A DNA stretch of 47,172 bases, from IMG/VR virus record IMGVR_UViG_3300020464_000007, positions 1-47,172 of that record, one strand, 5' to 3'. Shown one piece after another: positions 41,190-47,172 of the stretch. Made by a program: the position numbers and the translations under genes. This stretch comes from a virus (taxonomy: Duplodnaviria > Caudoviricetes). The notes beneath the pieces are model-generated. The model searched no databases and was not told where the DNA came from. It saw only the letters and a list, made by a program, of their open reading frames with translations. Every line of letters begins with the position of its first letter. The stretch's first letter is position 1.

Positions 41190-43805
41190 ATGGTTGCAGT
41201 TACTCAACGGATCAACAGCTACCTTGGTGGCGTATCAAAACAATCAGATGACAAAATGTTGCCAGGTCAAGTCCGTGAGTGCTACAACGGATTCCCTGAT
41301 GCAACGTATGGTCTAACTAAACGACCAGGTTTTAAACATATCGTTAACCTGGGTACAGGTACCACTTATGATGATGGTAAGTGGTTCTATATTAAACGTG
41401 ATGATGACGAAGAATACGTAGGTGTTATCAAAGGTTCCAATATCAATATCTGGAACGCAGTTAGCGGCAACGCTTGTACTGTCACGTATGGTACTGGTGC
41501 TCAGGCATACTTGAGTGGTGCTAAGACAAACTACAAGATCATCACCGTACAGGATACTTCTATTGTTATTAATAGCAGTGTCACTGTAACTGCACAAGCA
41601 GCCCCTACGTTTAATGCTCACCGTGTTGCAAGTATTGAGGTTCAGTATGTAACCTCTTCGACAACCTACACAGTTGAGATTACAATTAACGGATCAACCC
41701 AAACTGCTAGCTATACAACCCCCAGTTCAGCTGACGTTAATACAATTCTAACTCAATTAGAATCTGGTATTAATGGCATGTCAGGTGATCATGCTCAGAT
41801 AACTGTCACCAAACTAGCTAACTCTTTGGAACTTAGCAGTAGCATTGCAATGGACATCCATGCTGAGGGTGGTCTTGATAACAAAGGCTTGACTGCAGTT
41901 GAGGATGAAGTAGCTAGTGTTGGAGAGTTGCCTGTTAAATCAGTACATGGTCGTACCGTTAAAATTGTCAACACTAACTCTAGTGCTGATACATACTGGG
42001 CAGCATTTAAGGCGCATGACACTACATACAATGCAGATGGTACTGTTAATGTAGCAGGATCTGGTGAAGGTTATTGGGAAGAGACTAGAGATCCTGGTGT
42101 ATCACCTGGTCTCGATAACTCTACCCTGCCCCACGAACTTATCAACACTGCAGTCGATACGTTTACTTTCCAAAAGATTACGTATGAAGACCGTCTAGTT
42201 GGTGATGATGAGACTAACTCACATCCTAGCTTTATTGACGAAAAGATTACTGCTGGATTCTTCCATAACAACAGGCTTGGTTTCTTGTCTAAGGACAACG
42301 TAATCATGAGTCAGTCTGGTGACTTCTATAATTTCTACTTTAAGTCAGCTCAGACTACTATTGATTCTGATCCTGTTGATATTAGCTGTTCTTCTATTAA
42401 ACCTACTGCTCTGCACGCTGCACTGCCTACGGCTCAGGGTGTGGTGCTGTTCTCTGAAAACCAACAGTTCTTGATGTTTGCTGACGCTGGTGTACTTACA
42501 CCTGCTTTGGCTACTATCCGGGCACTCTCTAACTATGAGATGGATCGGAACATTGAACCAGTTGATTCAGGAACAAACCTCAACTTTATCACTAAGACAC
42601 CTGGTTACTCTCGTGTATTTAGTATGGTTACCAGGGGTCAGCAAGATAACCCCCAGGTGCTGGACTTGTCTAGGGTTGTGAAGGAATGGGTTTCACCTGA
42701 TGTTGATCAGATGATCTCTAGTCCTCAGAACTCAATGATTGCAATGGCTGGTCAGTCGTTAAATGAGGTGTTTATCTTCCGTTATTATAGTGACGGCAAA
42801 GAAAACCTTATGGAAGCTTGGACTAGCTGGCTGATGCCTGGTACTGTACAGTTCATCGCTACCCATTCAGATGACATGTATGCTGTTACCAAACAAGGTA
42901 ATCAGTTTACGTTGTCTAAGGCTGCGCTCAGTCAAAGCCCTGAGCAAGCAATTATCGTCAACAACCAAGGTCAAAAGGTTAACCCTAGTGTAGACCTGTA
43001 TGCAACTGCTTCTAGTGTTGTCTATGATTCAGCTACTAAAACTTCTAAGTGCTACCTGCCTTATAACGACGTGTCTACTTTGACACCTGTCATTGTTATT
43101 AAAGGTAATACTAGCTCTGGTACGTTTGTTGAATCAGGCTTTACTGTTACACCTGAACGTGGTAGTGATGGCACTGGTCCTTTCTTTAGCATCGCTAATA
43201 AAGATCTGAGTGGTGTTGCATCTGACGTTATTGTAGGCTTTAAATACAACTTTGATGTTGAACTGCCTAGAACTTACTACAGACCTGATCCTAAGGTTAC
43301 AGACTTTACTGCTAACCTTACTATTGCACGTATGAAATTCTCAGTCGGTTTGTCTGGTATGATGAGCTTTAAGCTACAGCAAACTGGTAGACTGCCTTAT
43401 GAACTTGAGTTTACTGGTGACGGTTCTACGACTACCTATAGGTTCAATAAACGTGATCTAGATTATGTAGATAGGTCTGATGTTATTGTAACTATTAATG
43501 GTGTTAATGAGACAGGGTTCAGCTTTACTGACGATACAACTGTTGTCTTTACTACAGCCCCTGCTAACAACGCAAAGATTAAGTTCTTTATTAAGGACTG
43601 GTTTAGTGTCCAACCTACAGCTGAGGCTAACACGTATCTAGCTAATGATGTACCGCTTGATAATGAAAACGTGTTTACTATCCCCATCCATCAACGTACA
43701 GAAAACTTTAGATTAAAAATGTTCAACAATTCACCGTTTCCTGTTGCAGTCAATGCAATGATGTGGGAAGGTAAGTATACACCACGTTTCTATAGGAGGG
43801 CTTAA
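41190..43805 (+). CDS. Tail tubular protein B / nozzle (gp12-like)
   Basis: GGVSKQSD, GLTKRPG, RLVGDDETNSHPSF, FFHNNRLGFLS, WEGKY. Confidence 0.93.
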   Translation: MVAVTQRINSYLGGVSKQSDDKMLPGQVRECYNGFPDATYGLTKRPGFKHIVNLGTGTTYDDGKWFYIKRDDDEEYVGVIKGSNINIWNAVSGNACTVTYGTGAQAYLSGAKTNYKIITVQDTSIVINSSVTVTAQAAPTFNAHRVASIEVQYVTSSTTYTVEITINGSTQTASYTTPSSADVNTILTQLESGINGMSGDHAQITVTKLANSLELSSSIAMDIHAEGGLDNKGLTAVEDEVASVGELPVKSVHGRTVKIVNTNSSADTYWAAFKAHDTTYNADGTVNVAGSGEGYWEETRDPGVSPGLDNSTLPHELINTAVDTFTFQKITYEDRLVGDDETNSHPSFIDEKITAGFFHNNRLGFLSKDNVIMSQSGDFYNFYFKSAQTTIDSDPVDISCSSIKPTALHAALPTAQGVVLFSENQQFLMFADAGVLTPALATIRALSNYEMDRNIEPVDSGTNLNFITKTPGYSRVFSMVTRGQQDNPQVLDLSRVVKEWVSPDVDQMISSPQNSMIAMAGQSLNEVFIFRYYSDGKENLMEAWTSWLMPGTVQFIATHSDDMYAVTKQGNQFTLSKAALSQSPEQAIIVNNQGQKVNPSVDLYATASSVVYDSATKTSKCYLPYNDVSTLTPVIVIKGNTSSGTFVESGFTVTPERGSDGTGPFFSIANKDLSGVASDVIVGFKYNFDVELPRTYYRPDPKVTDFTANLTIARMKFSVGLSGMMSFKLQQTGRLPYELEFTGDGSTTTYRFNKRDLDYVDRSDVIVTINGVNETGFSFTDDTTVVFTTAPANNAKIKFFIKDWFSVQPTAEANTYLANDVPLDNENVFTIPIHQRTENFRLKMFNNSPFPVAVNAMMWEGKYTPRFYRRA

Positions 43806-43807
43806 TT

Positions 43808-44935
43808 ATGGCAGCAGCATGGGCCATTGGTGGCGCAGTGCTTGGAGGGCTTGGCGGTTTTTTTGGTGCTAGCGATAGCAACAGGCAAGCCAAGGCAGCC
43901 GCCGAACGCCAAAATAAGTACAACAGGGCAGTCTATGAGTTCCAATATGGAGACGTAGATGATGAAGAGATCGGTGGTGAGGCTCTACGGCAGTATGATT
44001 TTGCGGTAGAAGGTCTTGAAATTACAAAGAAGAATAACGAAATTAATCTTCAGTTTCAAGAGTACCAGTCGGTTCAGCGTTATAACTATGACATGGGCAT
44101 TCGTGCTTACGAATTTGCCCAAGCTAACCGTGTATATGATCAGTCAGTTTCTCGTGCACTGCAGCAGCAGACTTTTAATGAGCTTGCGACACGGGCTGCA
44201 AATATCGATCAAGACAGGCTATATCATGAGCAACTGATTGACCTGTCATTAGATGAAACGGAAACACTTCTGAACTACGGTGCAGCCGCTGCTGGAGTTG
44301 GTCTAAAGAAACGAGCAGCTAAAGTTGCAGCAATTGGAACAGCACAGCAACAAAGGGTTGCAGCTTTAAAAGCTACTGGAGCTACAACAGCTCGTGGTGT
44401 AGCTGGTCGCAGTGCCGCTAGAAATGTCCAAGGTATCTTGGCAGAAAGTGGCGCACGTCAAGCTGCTATTGTTGACAAACTTATGTTTGACACGGAAGCA
44501 TCTGATCAAGAACTGTTTAAGATGAACCAACAATTGGTCATAGATCAGGTTGGTTTTGAATTTAGTAGAGACAGCGCTCGGTTGAGCGATATGGCAGCAC
44601 GTAGTAAGATCAAGGCACAGGCACTGCAAGCTGCTATTAATGCTGAGGCAAGTATTGCACTTAAGCCTGAGATTCAACCTCCTATGCCTAAACCGATCGC
44701 ACTCCCACGTCCTGAGTATCAAGATGTGTACAAGCCTGAGAAACCTCCTAAGCCGATGAAGCAGGTTGCTATGACACAGAACCCATTCTTGGCTGGTCTT
44801 AGCGGTGCTCTTAGCGGTGCACAATCTGGTTTGAGCATTGGAAGCGGCATCGAAAATTTTAATACGCCCCCAAGCTCGGGGGGCTTACAATCACGAGCCC
44901 AGCAAGCAGGATGGCCTGGTAATCGGAATTACTAA
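43808..44935 (+). CDS. Internal virion protein (gp14-like)
   Basis: Gly-rich hydrophobic N-terminus, A.GVAGRS motif, position before gp15. Confidence 0.7.
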   Translation: MAAAWAIGGAVLGGLGGFFGASDSNRQAKAAAERQNKYNRAVYEFQYGDVDDEEIGGEALRQYDFAVEGLEITKKNNEINLQFQEYQSVQRYNYDMGIRAYEFAQANRVYDQSVSRALQQQTFNELATRAANIDQDRLYHEQLIDLSLDETETLLNYGAAAAGVGLKKRAAKVAAIGTAQQQRVAALKATGATTARGVAGRSAARNVQGILAESGARQAAIVDKLMFDTEASDQELFKMNQQLVIDQVGFEFSRDSARLSDMAARSKIKAQALQAAINAEASIALKPEIQPPMPKPIALPRPEYQDVYKPEKPPKPMKQVAMTQNPFLAGLSGALSGAQSGLSIGSGIENFNTPPSSGGLQSRAQQAGWPGNRNY

Positions 44936-44943
44936 ACTAACCT

Positions 44944-47172
44944 ATGTCTAAATTTAAAAGCTTTGCACAGCAGGGGAGCTTTAGGGATTACCAGATCCAA
45001 GCCCCTGATCAAACTGGTAAAATTAAAGAAGAAACAGCCCGCACCATTCGTGGTAAAGAGCGGGCTCAGTCGTCTTTAGAAAGACAAAACAATCTATATC
45101 TGCAAGCACAGAAGCTTGCACAGGGTGTAGAAGAGAATCAACGTGAACAGAACTTCAAACTTGAAACTGAGAACCGGCAGGCATATTTAGATGCCCTCCG
45201 TCGTGATAACGAGATTCAAATTAAAAACGATAAGATTAGAGCAGCGCAAAGTGCAGAAACATTCAAGCAACTTAGTGCTTTCTCTAAATCTGCTTTTGAG
45301 TTGTATGGTCAATATCAAGAAATAGATCTCAAGCGGAACCAGCAGGAGAACGCTAGATTAGCTTACGCTGCTGGTGCTGACTACAAAACAGTTATAGGTA
45401 TCCAAGCTCTTGGAGACAACCTCACTAAATCTGAGTTTGCTCAAACAGAGTTTATGCGTCAAAAGCTTGCAGAGGGTGGCAATGTAGACGCCCTTTTTGC
45501 ATTGTACGAACGCCGTGCAAGTAAAGCTTTCATTAATAACATTGCTGTCGCTCAGAATACTGCCCATGGTTATGGGATTGCAGCGCAGCAAGAGATGCTT
45601 GACTTTAAAAATAGGTATGCTGCTGAAAACGATGGTAGGATGCCTACAATTGAAGAGCAAAAACGGAACATTAAAGCCTTTGAAGCCGAGTACTTTGCAA
45701 ACATTACAGGTGAAGATGGTCGTGGTCTGAATGCAAACATGCTTACTACGTATGTTGCACCAACCATGCGTCGTATTCAGACAGGGTTTGATAGTCAGTT
45801 TGAAAAGCAGCAACGTGTAGAACAAGAATCCAAGGTCAAGCAAAATTTCATGAAATCGTTGGATCATGCTTGGAATACAGGCGGATCCTCTGGCGTGTAC
45901 GCTATGCTGACAGAAAAAGGCGTTGCTTCTCAAGCAAATTTTGAGATGTATGCTGAATGGGTTACAAATAAATCTCTTGATTTTGGACCTACTGGTCTGA
46001 GTTCTAAAGATATGGAAGCCCTAAAAGGTTTTGTATTTAAAGGTGTTAACGGTCAAGATACAACCTACGGTGCATCTCGCGGTAGCTTGTCTGATGGAGC
46101 CAAGTTTAACCAGGCTTATAATTCAAGAATTAGGGCAGAGAAGCAGCTGTATAGAGATGCTGCCGAAGACAGAAAACGTCAGTTTCAATCAAATGCTACT
46201 GAGATATACAATGAGGTTGCAGCTGACGGAAGTATGAGTGACCTGGACCTGGTTAGATTAGAAGAATCTGATAGAGCTAGTGGTATCCCTGGGTTTGAGT
46301 CTGAAGCTACAAAACTTGCAAGAAAAGAGCTGGATGGCGTACGGTATGAAGCTGGTTATACAAAATTGTTTGACGATAAGTTGAACAAAGGTACTCTTAC
46401 CATGCAGGATCTTGATCAAAAAGGTGTTAGCTTTAAACTTAAGCAAAAGTATGCACCATTGATTGAGAAGCAGAATCTATTGATGAACGACCAAACCTAT
46501 AAGGACGGTGTAACTGCTATTGGTAATGCAATTACAGAGCACCCTACAGTTGCTAGAGGTCGTGTTGGTAACAAAGATCATTACTCCACAATCCTGTTTA
46601 AGGCAGAACAGCTTCAACAATTTAAGCAAGATGTCCTGGATGGAGTACCTATTTCAGAAGCTGTCTCAGGCAGGTTAGGTATTATCGCTGGTATTCAAGG
46701 TACTCCTGGTGCTATCAGTACAACCGGTCAGTATACCAAAACTGTTCAAAGTCAGGCTCAAGGTGCTGTAAACTACCAGGAAGCTTTGCAAAAAGATAGG
46801 GATTTTATTGAAAGTTCTCAAACACCTAACTTTAGAAAAGACCCTACAGCTGCTGTAAATGCGTATGGTGAGAATGATTTTTATAAAGATTACTATCCTA
46901 TGCAGAGAGGTGAAGTGACATCACAACTTAGAAGGCGTGCAGCTATTATGGGTGTATCACCCTTGGCTGCTATTAACTTCCTTGCTGGAGGTCTTGGTCA
47001 ACCTGCTGTTGCTATGGACGCACAAGTGCAGGCTATTGCTGATAAGATTACTCCTATTACTGGTAGGTTGATTAATACTTACCGCGACTCTGGTAGCCAC
47101 CTGAGCCGTATGAATAGGTTTGATAACATTATGGATAGAACTGTAGCTGTCGCCCGTGTTAGAGGCGAAGAT
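44944..47172 (+). CDS. Internal virion protein gp15-like, second divergent copy, 3'-truncated at window edge
   Basis: ATG 44944 (MSKFKSFAQQGSF...), frame open for 743 codons to the end; colinear with 1-~1950. Confidence 0.85.
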   Translation, partial: MSKFKSFAQQGSFRDYQIQAPDQTGKIKEETARTIRGKERAQSSLERQNNLYLQAQKLAQGVEENQREQNFKLETENRQAYLDALRRDNEIQIKNDKIRAAQSAETFKQLSAFSKSAFELYGQYQEIDLKRNQQENARLAYAAGADYKTVIGIQALGDNLTKSEFAQTEFMRQKLAEGGNVDALFALYERRASKAFINNIAVAQNTAHGYGIAAQQEMLDFKNRYAAENDGRMPTIEEQKRNIKAFEAEYFANITGEDGRGLNANMLTTYVAPTMRRIQTGFDSQFEKQQRVEQESKVKQNFMKSLDHAWNTGGSSGVYAMLTEKGVASQANFEMYAEWVTNKSLDFGPTGLSSKDMEALKGFVFKGVNGQDTTYGASRGSLSDGAKFNQAYNSRIRAEKQLYRDAAEDRKRQFQSNATEIYNEVAADGSMSDLDLVRLEESDRASGIPGFESEATKLARKELDGVRYEAGYTKLFDDKLNKGTLTMQDLDQKGVSFKLKQKYAPLIEKQNLLMNDQTYKDGVTAIGNAITEHPTVARGRVGNKDHYSTILFKAEQLQQFKQDVLDGVPISEAVSGRLGIIAGIQGTPGAISTTGQYTKTVQSQAQGAVNYQEALQKDRDFIESSQTPNFRKDPTAAVNAYGENDFYKDYYPMQRGEVTSQLRRRAAIMGVSPLAAINFLAGGLGQPAVAMDAQVQAIADKITPITGRLINTYRDSGSHLSRMNRFDNIMDRTVAVARVRGED

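Noticed and set aside
43805-43808. Missing gp13 between nozzle and gp14 as a novel feature
   Set aside because: Absence is visible, but I cannot establish that close relatives have it, or exclude that a hypothetical elsewhere is the homolog.

Overview
This window is an essentially complete, circularly permuted genome of a T7-like marine cyanopodovirus (Autographiviridae-type), most likely infecting a phycobilisome-bearing host such as Synechococcus (psbA, hli and an nblA-like gene). All credible genes are on the + strand. The unit length is about 45,168 bp: nt 1-77 recur exactly at 45169-45245, after which the last ~2 kb is a divergent second allele or paralog of the gp15-like internal virion gene. 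The physical ends probably lie near 19.1-19.4 kb. Order from there: three sigma70 promoters and early genes (tandem KTSC-like, ArdA-like), RNAP, SSB, endonuclease, primase-helicase, split DNA polymerase, exonuclease with overlapping nblA, DUF3310, MazG-like, class I RNR alpha/beta, portal, scaffold, hli, basic micro-ORFs, small OMP, psbA, capsid, tail tubes, internal virion proteins, tail fibres, membrane-protein cassette, terminase with HNH and sulfotransferase-like inserts, and thyX. The most interesting signals are non-coding. A glutamine-II (Downstream-peptide)-like riboswitch with a 55-codon ORF nested in its P2 stem sits upstream of a DUF4278-like peptide, between psbA and the capsid gene. 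Fur-box-like palindromes sit at the genome end and before the tail operon. Together these may couple phage gene expression to host nitrogen and iron status (inference). All family assignments come from motif recognition by eye; no searches were run.
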